A DNA stretch of 64,000 nucleotides, from the NCBI GenBank assembly GCA_002269645.1, contig NIVC01000158.1:310001-374000 (forward strand), written 5' to 3'. Made by a program: the position numbers and the translations under genes. The notes beneath the pieces were generated by a model that saw nothing but the letters and a program-made list of their open reading frames with translations, was not told the origin of the DNA and made no database searches. Source of the stretch: Macrostomum lignano. Lineage: Eukaryota. Shown here piece after piece: positions 28,683 through 41,666 of the stretch. The stretch's first letter is position 1. Each line of letters begins with the position of its first letter.

Positions 28683-29144
28683 TTTCGACGAAGGTCTCAT
28701 CATCAGCTGCTCCAATCTGTTTCAAAGCAGGGGTGGCGCGCTTCTCCAGTGCGATGAAGCTAAACGGACGCTGGACTGCTTGGTCAAACTCCGACACATT
28801 TATCCCATTGTTCAAGTGTTTGTGTTTGACCCAAAAGCTTCAGTATTTATTCAAAGACCATGCAGAGCCCGCACACCCTCAGCAGTCCAATTCGCAGGCA
28901 TTAAAAGCGCGCAGCATCCATTCTGGCCTTGCCAGGTGTCCGCTTTCGTTTGCGTATGCGCTGCGCAGCTGAGAGTCCGCGAATGCCAGAGGTTGTCTGA
29001 GGTGAATCAGAAGTGCCAAGAATGCAAGAATGCGTAGCGCTGGATTGGTCAGTCCATTATAGGCACAAATTTACTTGCATGAATGAATGGCTTGGCAGGA
29101 ATCGTCTGCAGGTCGAGATTTGCCCCGCAGCCCAGTCTCTGAGC

Positions 29145-29797
29145 TGCTCATCACTATCCCCATCACTATCCCCATCACTATCCCCATCACTATCCCCATC
29201 AGTATCCCCATCAGTATCCCCATCACTATCCCCATCACTATCCCATCACTATCCCCATCACTATCCCCATCACTATCCCATCACTATCCCATCAGTATCC
29301 CCATCAGTATCCCCATCACTATCCCATCACTATCCCATCACTATCCCCATCAGTATCCCCATCACTATCCCCATCACTATCCCATCACTATCCCCATCAC
29401 TATCCCATCACTATCCCCATCACTATCCCCATCACTATCCCATCACTATCCCATCACTATCCCCATCAGTATCCCCATCACTATCCCCATCACTATCCTA
29501 TCACTATCCCCATTACTATCCCCATCACTATCCCCATCACTATCCCCATCACTATTCCCATCACTATCCCCATCACTATCCCCATCACTATCCCATCACT
29601 ATCCCATCACTATCCCGATCACTATCCCATCACTATCCCCATCAGTATCCCCATCACTATCCCATCACTATCCCCATCACTATCCCATCACTATCCCCAT
29701 CACTATCCCATCACTATCCCATCACTATCCCCATCAGTATCCCCATCACTATCCCATCACTATCCCCATCAGTATCCCCATCACTATCCCTATCACT
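29145..29797. repeat. 11/12-bp minisatellite (CATCACTATCC[C])
   Basis: Direct reading. Confidence 0.95.
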
Positions 29798-30591
29798 AAC
29801 CGATACATACAATAGAAACACAGAAAAGTCCAGTTATTTGTTAATTTTGGTGTTTAGAATGTATTTTACTGGTGATGATACACCTTGCTAATCAATAGGC
29901 GGAGACGTACAGTACGCTTGCACTTGTAAAATTCATACAATAGCCTAATAAGCTAAGCGCGTATGACCATGTCCAAAGTGATTTGGTTAATTTCACAGTG
30001 CAGTAAGGACAAAAAATGGGAGGCGATGAAAATTGGTAACGAGCAATGTACTTTTTGTACATAGAAATATTGTCCGAATGTTAGAATACTGGCATTAAAT
30101 GTATTCGAGCTAATGTTTAAATTGGTGCCAAGTTCTTTATTGCAAAACAAAATACTGTACGATCAAAGACTTATTGCTATCCGACCTCAACGAATCACCG
30201 TCATTAATGTTGTCGCACAGTAATATGTGTACTAGAAATGGATATGCTAGTTCGTACAGTTCGCGACAAACCAGTCTGCATAGCAATTCTGAGAACTCAG
30301 GCCGTAGATTATTGTTTTAGTCTAACCGATCTCTAGGAAATTGCCAAATCCGATTCCCGCACAAGTATTGGGAGGATAATAAAATGCAATAAGGGGATTC
30401 TCTCTATAGAATTTACAGTCGAAAGACTTCCAACTACTTCCAACTCGTAGTCTTTCGACTGTTAAAAGACTGGAGCGGCAGACTAGTCTGCAGTTCTTTA
30501 TTTTTCAACGCTAAACGTTAAAAAGCAACCCACGGCGTGCGTTCAGTGCAATCATTCTGCTAGTCTGTTAGGTTAAACTCGCCCTCAACAA

Positions 30592-33500
30592 TCACCAAGG
30601 TCCAATCGGTCCCATGATGGACGAAGATGCGTCAGCGTCTTGGCAGTCCAAGAATGCCGCGTCGATGTCCAGCTGTCGCTGATGCTGCTCAAGCTGCTGC
30701 TGCTGGTGCTGGTCACGGCTAGAGTCAGCGAAGAAGTCGACCATATGGGCTTGCTGCTGCTGCTGCTGCTGATGCTGCTGCTGCTGTTGATGCTGCTGCA
30801 GCGGCTGAGACTGGCCAGGCAGCGCCAGGGGCACGAGGCTCGGGTCTGCTGTTCCATACTCTTCAAAGCAGATGAGAATGGGATAGGCAAGACTCTATTA
30901 GCGAAGCTTCGCAGCCTATCTGACTCGCTTCTATCTAATCTCCGGCTTAATCTGCCTTCTTCTGGGTCCCATCTCTGCTTACCTGGCAGGTAGGTGAAGC
31001 AGGCTGGCTCGGACGACTTCTCGCCGCACACGACCTGGACCAGAACGTGAACAGGCTCGGTCAGCACCGGCAGGTCCCGTCCGGCATGCTGGCCACCACT
31101 GCTGTTGCTGTCTTCGTCGTCATAGTCGGCGCCGTCGCTGCCGAATGCGGGCACCCGACAAACCAGATGGTTGGCGGCGCTGAACTCCGACTCCATGGCT
31201 GCGTAGGTCTCCCAATTGGCGTCGCGGCCGTTGCGCGGGACCGCTTCGCGGAATTGAACTCGAGCGCCTTTGCTAAAATTGCGACCGATGATGAACAGGT
31301 CGCCGCCGCCGCGGGCGGACGACTCGTGCGTAGACAGCCGGTGGATCTCCGGCTGGCCGGTTGGCTGACCTGTAAAGCCGGTTATCAAGCATCAAGTGTT
31401 CGCAGCAAACAGAGTGCTTCACTGACTACTTCCAGTACTCTCTATTCAGGTTCTGGCAGAGATTGCCTCGTTAGGTGCCATCCAGTTTGAACATACACCT
31501 GACAAGCTTTCCCACGAGCAATCGCAAAGACGGTTCTTCAATGAACCGAAAGCAAGTTTACGAAGGGAAACAGAGACTTACAGCACTCGATGGCCTGGGT
31601 GGCTGTCTGCAGCGTGACGCGGGTCCCATCGCTAAGCGGCAACACCACCCGGAACACCAGGCGGACCTTGGAGCTGCGTTTGCCATTAGCGGAGCGGCCT
31701 GATCGTAACAGCTTGGACGAGCGCTGCTGGTACAGCGGCTGCTGCTGCTGTTGATAATCAACGTCAGCATTGCGCAGCTTCAGAATGCCGATGCAATCGA
31801 GGCTGGAAGAAATGTAAGGAGTCGTGAAATCTTTTTATTGAAACAATGAAGTTCCAGATGAAGTCGCTAGTGTTGTTTACCTGATAACAGCTCCGTCTCT
31901 CGGCTGCAGAGGGATCAGCAGCATTCGCGTTCCGTCCTGCACCACCTCGCGAGCTTCGCAGCAGCCGTGACGGCCAGCCACCCGGCACACCTGATAGTAA
32001 CCGTGGGGCTTTGGCCGACTGCCAGTGTCCGAGCCGGCAAACACGCAGAGCTCCACTGGCTGCGACCAGCCTAGCAACTGAAAGCAGTTCGGATGAGATT
32101 GATGGTCAACTACTTGTCTGGGGAAACAGGTTCTGTTTGTTGCTGTCTGAGGTGGAAACAGGTTCTGTTTGTTGCTGTCTGAGGTGGAAACTGGTTCTGT
32201 TTGTTGCTGTCTGAGGTGGAAACTGGTTCAAGTTTCGCGTTTAACCTCAGAAAAGCTTAATCAAGTTGGTCGGTTGGGTATTTGGTAATTCTAATTAATA
32301 TGGTCAGCAATCACCCTCTCACCTGCACAGCCGGGTACCCAGTCTGTGAGCGGTCCTTAACTGCGCCCCTTGAGCCCTCAGTGAGATACCTGGCCCGGTG
32401 GTTGAGCTCGGGCTGGGCCGCCACCAACAGCTGGTAGGGTCCGTAGCGACTGTCGCTGATTGCAGTCTCCGCTTTGCTCTCCTGCAACCCGCGCCTTTCT
32501 CTGTACGCAAGAAAATTGAAAATAAAGCGAATATTGCTGATGCAAGTCAATGCAAAATTAAATTCTGCTTTCGACTGTGGATTTATCGGGTAGAAAGAAG
32601 CACAGGACTCGCATTTTACCAGATTCGGGTGGTCGGGTCCAGGCGAGTTCACCCTCATCCGGGGGTTAACCAACCTGACTGACTGACCGACTCTCTTTCC
32701 AAAGAGAGTTCTTCCTTCGAGTCAGGTAAAGCAGTCATGTAAATCAATTCATAGGTAACCTTAAATCTTCTAAAGAAAAACACTACAGCTATTGTGAGGT
32801 GACCGAAAATGACAGCAGAACTGGACGTGACGCTCGAGGTTTTCCATTGCGCTAATATCACGACCAGCTCGCGTGCTTTCGACAGTTAAAAGGGACTGGA
32901 AAGCAGTAATAAAATTCCCCCAGCCAGCGGTGGCTTCTTGCAATTCGGTTAGCCAGTTCTTATGGAAATTTCCAACCAAACTGGAATGATCACAGCTGTA
33001 CTTTGTAAGCTGAAAAGCACAACACGTTAGCACCTAATGTTGACGCTTCATTGGCAAAGCCTAAGCTTATTTAGTATGATAAGCCCTGGGCCAGAGTGTT
33101 TCCCGGGACAAGCTGATAAACAATCTCAGACCACGTGCAAGTAAGAACACCAACCTAGTTATGCCTTGCGGCGGTTTACCAGTTAGGTTTGTCGGTCAGT
33201 CCGTTTGTTTTATAACAAACCTGCATTTTCATGGCTCTATCCTGTTCAGTCTTAGCAAGAGGCGGGCGGGAGGTTGTCATTTTCAACCCAGCAGGCTGCC
33301 CGACCTGGGGGAGAGATAAGGATCTGCACAGGTAGACGACAGGAGATCACGCGAGAGAAAAATGAGACACAGAAGCTTAGCTCATTTAGAAGCAGCAGAA
33401 CTTTTGTAGCTGCAGAGTTAGGAGATATGGCAGCAGACCGCAGAACAATACTATGCAATGTAACGACGACAATATTGATTACAGTACGAGCGTATATCCT

Positions 33501-34176
33501 CAGCTATTCGAAATTACGAGTAGTTACAGCAATGTCCTCAAATTGAATTCAAGCCCGTACATGTTTCGCATGCTTAGCGCATGAGCATCCTCAGGCTCCG
33601 ACCAACCGAATCGACCAAACCGAAGTTGGGTTCCCAGCCGGAGTCGGCTTGGCATTCATTGGGCGCCTCTCCCTCTCACATCGCGGAATTTGCATCCAAG
33701 TTGGGGCTGCGTAGGGCCGTGCTTTTTCAGTATAACAGAAGCCGCGCACGGGCCCACAAGGATTGATTGCAGCTAAGACAATGCGGCGTCATCAATCTGC
33801 TATCATTGTGCTCCTATCATTCCACAAACAAGCTGCCATAGTATAAATAATTCAAATTCAATTTAAGCGTCCCTACGCCAGAAGGGTTCCTGTTTTACAA
33901 AGCTGGCGCCATGCAAAGCCAGGAACCCTATTGGCAGTTTGGAACGAATTAGGCATCCAAACTGATGCCGCTAATCTCTCTGACCTAGAATTTCACTGCT
34001 CGCATTGCCGAATCAATCGGTGAGGGTCCGTGAACTGTTTTTTGACTAATGCCTACGCGGCTTCTCTTACGCATCCGTGACAACAGTGCATGTGGAAGTG
34101 GCTGCTGTACCCTGCACAGCACTCACACCACTCAGTAGCGAGCATGTGGCTGGAAACTGGGTCTGCCTGAGTGCTG

Positions 34177-34228
<52 letters not shown>

Positions 34229-35732
34229 TTGTTGCTGCTGTTGTTGCTGCTGTTGTTGATGCTGATCGTACTGATGCTGGTGTGGTCTCTTCAGACCCCT
34301 GTAATGGCGTGGAGGAAAGTTACAAATTAGCAACCTAGGGTGGTATCCTTTGCAACCAGATACTGAAGCACGAACAAGAGGTGAAATTTAGCTTAATAAC
34401 TGAGCAAGACGAATTCGCGTGCCTTTTAATGTGTTGGATAGGGGATTTTAAATTGAGCATGACGGTAGGCAGTTAAAGTTTTCCATTAAATTGGGTGTTA
34501 TATCACAGGAAAAAATTGTTGATGAACTGGCTATACTGCGATTAATATAACAGGTTTTATGAATAACTGAAAAATCTTAGCCGGCGATCAAAGATGACCG
34601 AACCGAAGCACAATCTGCTGTGCTCGAGCTTTTGCTGCTATATATCAAAATAAGGCCGAATGTTTTTGCCCGTAAATGCTTTTAGAAAAGCCAAGCAGAT
34701 ATTTCGATCACTATCTTCAACGTGAACCAGACACTCAAACAGATTCCTGTCCTGTTGAGCATTTCAGTAGCTTAGAAGCACCAGTGTACTTGAATGTCAG
34801 TGTGACTTACAGTCTTCTCACGCTCAAACTCAACTCAACCAAACAAATTGTAACTCAGTTCATAAACAATGCATCAATCAGGCATATCAAAGCTGAAGCT
34901 CACGAAGAACCTATAGCATTAGAACGTACAGTACCATGTATTTTTATACCAATACCTTGGTTGCATTGTTCAGCACATTCCCATGCAGTTGCTCTGCCAA
35001 TGCCCGCCGAAGGTTCTGACCGCGGAAATGAAAAGAAAAATGCTTTGCATACGAAAGAGCATTGCGATGAAATGTCAGGGGAATGTGTAAAACTGGGGAG
35101 AGTGGAAGTGGCTATTTCACACTCACATAATAGCAAAAACTGCAAGCATACCTCACTGCTTCACGAACACCCGTGATGCCATTTATATCTCTTGCAAGAA
35201 CTCCTTGGTCGCCAATGATCCCGGTCGTGCTGCTGCCGACGGCGCTCTTGATGATTCCGGCGTTACCTCCAGGGACGCCGCCGACACCGCCGCTAGCGCC
35301 GCTATTGCTGTCATCTCCGTATGGGAAGCTACTCACTAGTTGACGGGTAGAGCGAAGATCTGCATCCAGGTTTGGCGAAGTGCATGACGAACTGCCAGGA
35401 GACGATGAAGACATAGAAGAGACTGTGGCAACTTTAAGCCGCTTGTTATCAACCTGTGGAGCTGCTGCTGGCAATCCCTGGCTAGTCTGTTGCAGCTCTG
35501 CCATCAGTGCTTTCAGCAGTGCCTCCGGGTTGCTTTGACTCATGCTAATAGCTGTCGACGTCTGGTTTTGAGGCTGCGAAGACTGAGTCATAAGAGCTGT
35601 TAGCATTGCTTGCGTCTGCGCAGTTTGGTTCGCTAGCGCTTGTAGAAGGCTCGCTAGATCCCCACTACTTGGCGAAGGCAACTGCAGCGGTGTTGAAGCC
35701 GGCTGCCACGCCGGATTAACCTTGGAGTTCAT
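30592..35732 (-). CDS. NFAT5: NFAT5/TonEBP-like Rel-homology transcription factor with IPT domain and polyQ tracts
   Basis: [52 protein letters not shown], then the IPT exon. Exons 35732-35152, 34298-34127, possible 33304-33221, ~32500/32481-32323, 32077-31881, 31802-31582, 31369-30983, 30860-30592. Confidence 0.9.
32129..32228. repeat. ~32-bp short tandem repeat in an NFAT5 intron
   Basis: GGTTCTGTTTGTTGCTGTCTGAGGTGGAAAC, about 3 copies. Confidence 0.9.
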
Positions 35733-37049
35733 CTGCTAGCTTCGGTCTGAATTATTTCTTAGTGTGGAGCCGTCTAGAAGTTTCATCAAATTTATAAAAT
35801 TAAAGGGTAAATGTCTTTTACTTGCTTTTATATTTTAAAACGTGATACCCCGTCTTAGAATTTATGAACCAACTTAACTGTTGCAAAGAGACCAAGAGAC
35901 AAGCCTATTGTGTAAAAAAAGATATTAAGAAAAATTATAGTCAAAGAAAATTAATTTTCAAAAAACTGTGCTTTGAAAGCTTTAGGTGTCGTTCGGCGGT
36001 GAAAAGCAATGTTGAAGGAAAACAATGGTTTCTTCATTTAATAGTAATGATGAAACGATTAGATCTAAATACGCAAGGATCAAAGAAGAACACAATTAGA
36101 AAAAATGTAAAAGACACTTACTTAATTTGGACAAATGAAACAAAGTAAAAATCTCAGACTGAAAGATTTCGCGTTGCGTTGACTTTCATGCGCAAAAAAA
36201 TTTAGAGCCAGCCTTTTTAAAGTAATCTTGCAGTCTGTTACTACAAGCAAAAAGTGTTTAAATATAAAAAATAAGAATAACAAAGTGTTAAGAAACTTTC
36301 AATTCTTCACATCCTGCACCAAGTCCAAAAAATCATACAGATTTTGTTAAAACGTACGTTTAAGCTCAGTGAGTAAATTTAATCAAGTGTTATGAATAGC
36401 AATTTATAACGTATTTTGAATTGAATTTAAAGTTGATTATTACGATTGTACTAGGCCCTACTTTATTATAACTCTAAGCTCTGGCAGGCCTACTAGTACT
36501 ACTAGTACTGGCCTATATATTTCGTTATATAGATTCAAGTTAGGCCTAAGCTCTTTATAACTGATTGATGTCTAGACTAGGCCTATAAAATAAAGTAGAA
36601 ACTTAGGTCTACCTGGCCGCTGGCCTAGATTTTAGTTAGGCCTAGAGTAGTTTTAGTCTACAAAAATAATCTAAATATAGTCTAAGTGTTGAAGATTTTT
36701 GGGTCTTCTATAACGAAAGAATGCCGACTATTCTTTTTTTAAATTATTTAATTTAATTTCAAGGTGTAAATTTACTTTCGTTCGCGAATTTTTTTTCTTT
36801 TAAAATGATGCCAATGACGCAGAATGACGAATGGGAGTTGTCTATGGCCCGTACTAGCCGCGTAGAGTTGTTTGGTGCACAAAAATTTGGCTGAGTTTTA
36901 TTGAGCTCATAATGTCAACTCTCATAATGTCAAGTGCCTAACACAAATGGTGGGAAACATTTTTAAATGGCACTGAGCTGCTGAGCATTACTCAGTTCAG
37001 TTCAATGCAGTCCTGACTGTCTCAGATTCCTAAACTGGGTAATAATGAC

Positions 37050-37200
37050 GAGTCCAGTACTGGGTAATCCAAAAGCCTTGGCAGGCCCTGGGTGAAGGCG
37101 TCGCCATAGATACTCTTGGATATATGATTCAAAGAGGGCATCACTAGTGCTATGCAATGCCCAGTGCTGCAGATTCATCGGTGTATGCGCAGCACATAGG
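37050..37200 (-). pseudogene. Possible decayed Merlin/ISXO2-like transposase C-terminus
   Basis: AHT...STSDALFESYIQEYLWRR resembles the HT...GT....SYL.E..WRR tail of that family; no catalytic core or TIRs seen. Confidence 0.3.
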
Positions 37201-37581
37201 CAGGTCCATTGGTTGGCCAATAGTCCATGACAAGCAAGCCAACATAGTCTTGTTAGTAGGCCTACTTGTGTCACTTCTATCAGATCCCTTGAATTTATAT
37301 TTAGTTCTATCAATGCCTATGCCGGCAAAACTCATCTAAAAATGTAGAAATTGTATTAGACCTTTAGCCTCATTAATACAATATAGTTGTTCTTTTTATT
37401 TACCCAAAATTACATTGATTTTTGTTTGTTTCTTTTGTAAGTGGCATTTTTGGTCAAAAAGAAGATCTTATAGCTAGTGTAAACCAGGGAGGTTGCATAT
37501 ATAAAAGCCTTAAAAGGGATTGAATTTTGCATATCTAATAGCCTTTATATTTTTATTATACTAATGTGTATATTCAAAATC

Positions 37582-38239
37582 TAGGGGTTGGACAAGATCT
37601 TGATCTCAATCTTTATAATCAAGATCTTGCACTTTTTTTCAATCTTAATCTTATTCTTAGTTTTGAGATCTAAAAAAGTCAAGATTTGTAACTATGATAA
37701 CTATGATATTATAATATTGTATAAGTGCTTTTCCTTCTATTATCATCATTGTACACATTTAACAAATAACAATATTAGCATTGATAAATAGAATAGTGTA
37801 AACATACATGCCCAACACCTGTCCGACCTATCTGAACTAGGCAGTTGAAATGGCTGCCAGCCAAGGTAAGTTGCAAAATTGAAAATGAAAAAAAATGAAA
37901 AATTGGGAGAAGAAAAAAGGAGAGGCAGAGAAAAAGAAAAGAAAACAGGGAGAAGATAAAGAAAGAAAAGAGGAGAGAGAAAGAGAAAGAGAAAAAAGAG
38001 TAAAAGGCAAGGAAAGTCATATACAAAGGGAAAATTAAGTCGCAATTAAGAGGAAGTTGCAAATTTGGAGTTTTGTTGCATTGGATAAGTGAATTTTGAG
38101 GCTGGGCATGTATGAGTGTAAATGGCCTAGTAGGTGCTGATTAGGCTTAATCTTGAATCTTGATTGTATCTCAATTATCTCTTAAAGTATAGATCTTGAG
38201 TATCAAAAATCTTGAAAATGTGATATTGTCCAACCTCTA
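37582..38239. mobile_element. Old hAT-like MITE with a nested inverted repeat
   Basis: TAGGGGTTGGACAAGATC ... GATATTGTCCAACCTCTA; inner IR CATACATGCCCA (37803) / TGGGCATGTATG (38103); TSD only 5/8 matching. Confidence 0.5.
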
Positions 38240-38632
38240 TTGAAATGTTGTACATTCAATAAAGTTTGAAATATCTAAATATTAATTAATATTAAAAATA
38301 TTTTATACATTATAATTATTCTATAACTTATAAATTTAAATAATGTATAAACATTGTCTATAGACATATAACTTCTATGTTTCTGAGAGTTTCAATTGAA
38401 ATATTAGTATTTTATTATAGCTTTAATTTTTAGCAAATTTTATTTGATAAAAAATATCCTACTTTTAAATTTGGCATGATAAATTTGAACCTAGGATACC
38501 AAATGACTTTGCAATTTGTCACTTATAAAACCAAGGCCCAATTTATCTAAGTTATTTGTTAAATAGTCCATGAATATTTATTAGCTCATATGAATATAAA
38601 TCTGATCAGCATAAAATGTCAATGTTAGGGGG

Positions 38633-38940
38633 GGGCATAGCCTAGTGTTCTAGTCTGACACTCTGATGTGTTAGCAGCCCAGGCTCGATTCCAAGTGCAG
38701 TCACATTAATTTGGGGCTAAATTGGAATCTTGGCTTGGATCTGCTCATGCAATTAATGTCCTTGTAGGCCAACCCCCAAGGCACAGTGAAGTGTGCATGC
38801 TTGACAATAAATAAAATCAGGGCCGCTGTGCACTCCTGTGTGAGTGTTTGCCTGCGCATATGACTGCGTATGTATCCACAGACTTGTGTGCCTGCTCAGG
38901 GAAGTCGGCAGAATGAGTAATAATGGCTCTCGCTGGTTGT
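38633..38940 (+). mobile_element. SINE family 2, copy B
   Basis: Collinear, more diverged copy. Confidence 0.8.
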
Positions 38941-39172
38941 GACAAAGTCGCTCAAAGTGCACCAGGATGCAACAGCTCATCTATCTTTAACTATCTAAAA
39001 AACATCAATGCAGGCTTTTTATTTGTAAACCAATGAAAGAGAGAAGGTAACTTTAACACTTTTTATAGCCAATGCTACAACAAACTAGAGTTGGAAATTT
39101 AGATTTTTTGGATAACCAAAAAAAGTTGCAGAAAAATGTGTACAAACATTGCAGCAAATTGATTGCTAAGCC

Positions 39173-39370
39173 ATGTTTGGCCAAGTTGCTAGGCGCGCCT
39201 TTTCTACTAGCGTTGTCCGCCAATCAGAGTCGTTCGGCTTCGGCTCCTCGCTGCCATTCAACGTCAAGAACAAGACCCGCCTGTCAATCAACATGCTGCT
39301 GTACACCATGACCGGCTTCGGGGCTCCCCTGTTCGCCGGCTGGTGGCAGCTCAAGAAGAAGCGCCTGTAG
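39173..39370 (+). CDS. COX7C: Cytochrome c oxidase subunit 7C
   Basis: 65 aa; MFGQVARRAFSTSVVR presequence, LPFNVKNK, single TM ending QLKK; no intron in the CDS. Confidence 0.88.
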   Translation: MFGQVARRAFSTSVVRQSESFGFGSSLPFNVKNKTRLSINMLLYTMTGFGAPLFAGWWQLKKKRL

Positions 39371-39998
39371 AATCAGTCAGATGCTGCTTTGAGAGCGCAA
39401 CTCAGTGCTGACCATTTTAAAGAAACCTGTGGCGTTCAAATAAACTCAAATAGACCCTCCCTACCTGTTGAGCACGTTTTGTTAACAACATTGTCGTCTT
39501 ACTATAAGTAGAAAGTAGCAAGAAAACTTGAAAAACATTATTAATTATTCCATCACAGCAGCCACCCCACTTGTCTCCCTGCAAAAATGAATATCTATCT
39601 GTAGTATTTTAGAAAGTTATAGAAAATCACCCAACCGCAACAGTTTATATGCAGTTGATTTTAATTGTAGGAATGTCAACAACTCCGTCATTTTCAGTCC
39701 AATATAACCAAGAAATGCAGCGATTGAAAACTATAGCCAAATATGAGTTCCGTTATTTCATCGTCTTTTACTTATTTTTTCCGACTGAATAATTATTAGC
39801 AGAGTTTGTCACCTTTAGTACGCAGTTGATATCGAAATTTCTATTCCACTAGTATTAAAGTTATCGGTTGAATTATTTATTTATGGTATTCAATACATCT
39901 GACCATCGCAAACTTGTATTTGGAGTAATGTAAATTTACTTCACCAATTTGCTGCAGTATGTTTTAATGTGCATTGATGCAGTCAATCCAAAGTCAGC

Positions 39999-40310
39999 TT
40001 AATAGGTCTTGCAATTGTTGAACACGCACACGCGGCAACTGTTAGAATCTTTGATGCACTCGCTTGTCACGTGATGCAGGTCGCTAATGGAGCCCACCAG
40101 AGTTGAGCAGCTGTTCCCATTGACGCACACCTTTGTTAGGCAGGGCTGGTCAGGCCTGGCTTGGTTGCAGGTGATTTTTGTGGTAACGGAACAGCGGCAG
40201 TGCGGGTTCCTCAGCGAAGGTCCGTATAATTCAATTAGCGTCGCTGCTGTCCAACCGGAAGTCGCTAACAGCAGGCACGTTGTCATGACAACAAGAGGTA
40301 GTGTCGCCAT
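39999..40310 (-). CDS. Small secreted cysteine-rich protein (possibly three-finger/Ly6-like)
   Basis: ATG-initiated 103 aa, hydrophobic signal peptide, 10 Cys in the mature part, exon-like GC content. Confidence 0.7.
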   Translation of the reverse strand: MATLPLVVMTTCLLLATSGWTAATLIELYGPSLRNPHCRCSVTTKITCNQARPDQPCLTKVCVNGNSCSTLVGSISDLHHVTSECIKDSNSCRVCVFNNCKTY

Positions 40311-40863
40311 TTGAAGTTATTGTACGCGTAAAGTCTAGGCGTCGCATTAACTTTGGAGTCTTGTTGGAGCTAGGAAATAAGCAAAGCAGAACCTGGCTCT
40401 AAATAGGCAGACAAAGTCAACATCCAAGTTTTTGTAATTGAGACTTTACGACTTTGATCTTCTTTTAAGATCAATAGTCTCAGCTCCAAGGACAAAAAAG
40501 TCAAATGGTTTTTTTGCTTCTAGTATTGAATTACAGTTTCTCATAGCTGGAAAATATTTTCGTCGTCAGTAAAGACACTGACTGATTGAAGAGTATTTTT
40601 AGTTTTGAAATGAAGGTTTATCTCACCAGGAGCAAGTTCCAGTCTGTGCAGATTAAGCGCTAAACACAAGTCTTTTCAATTAGCTCGTACTCGTATATCA
40701 TAGTTACTCTGTATCTGGTCTGTGAACGCTTTGAAAACACAGTCGATTGTACTGAAGTTGCAGGGCTCTGTGTAACTATTGATTCTGTGATGGTTGACTT
40801 TAAACAATGTTTAGACGATTCCGGATAAGCGTGTTGGAATGAGGTTAAATCGCACAGCAGACC

Positions 40864-41646
40864 GCCCGCTGAGAATGTCTATGGCCAAAAGACCTTGATT
40901 CGGTGCAAAATCAGCGGACAGGCACGAAACGCGTTTCACACTCGCCGAGATTGTCTATGGTAAAATCCTCACTTGGCGCTGTGTTAACTTCAAAATAGCT
41001 CCTGTACGCATCAAAGCCCACCCACGCGCCGCCCGCTGACTGCATGCACTGAATCAATATATAGCTTTTGACATGCTAAATGAGAATTTGGCCAGGCTAG
41101 TTGAGACTCGCCGACTCGGCTATCTGCTGCATGCAGACACAGACAGACAGCATCCACATGCATTGCCACCATAGACAGCCTGGCAAGCAAATTGAGAATG
41201 CAACACAGGAGAGAAGTTAAAGATGCGTGCTTGAGCCACTTTATTTGGTGTTGGTGCATAATGCAGAACTGTAAGAAAATCTGGAAACAGCGCAATGCGG
41301 AATGCAGCTCAGAATGCAGAAACCAGGAAACAGGACAGCGTAGAATGCAATGTTCAGAATAGCTGCATCGTCAGGCAACGACCCAGCCGGCGGAAGCTTT
41401 TCAGCTCCCATGCAGCATTTTGTATGCAGAGTAGGGTTACGAGCAAGGCGAAACAACAAAAAAGCGTGATTCTCAATTCGCGTGTCAAATTCACAATTTG
41501 CTTGTCAAGCTATGGACCTATTTTGTGTCTGCATACAGCAGATAGCTGAGTCTCAACTAGCTTGGCCAAATTCTCATTTTTGGCATGTCAAAAGCTATAA
41601 TACATACGTAGTCCTTTCCCTTTAGCCATAGACATTCACAGCGGGC
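40864..41646. mobile_element. Fold-back/MITE-like element with nested inverted arms
   Basis: 26-bp outer arms 40864-40889 / 41621-41646 (2 mismatches); ~130-bp imperfect inner arms 41060-41200 / 41480-41599. Confidence 0.6.
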
Positions 41647-41666
41647 TTCTTGCAGCACAGATTGTA

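Noticed and set aside
28676-28712. Hammerhead-like CUGAUGA...GAC-CUUC-GUC-GAAA on the minus strand
   Set aside because: Three extra nucleotides before stem II, no helix III or NUH site; it overlaps the channel's start codon.
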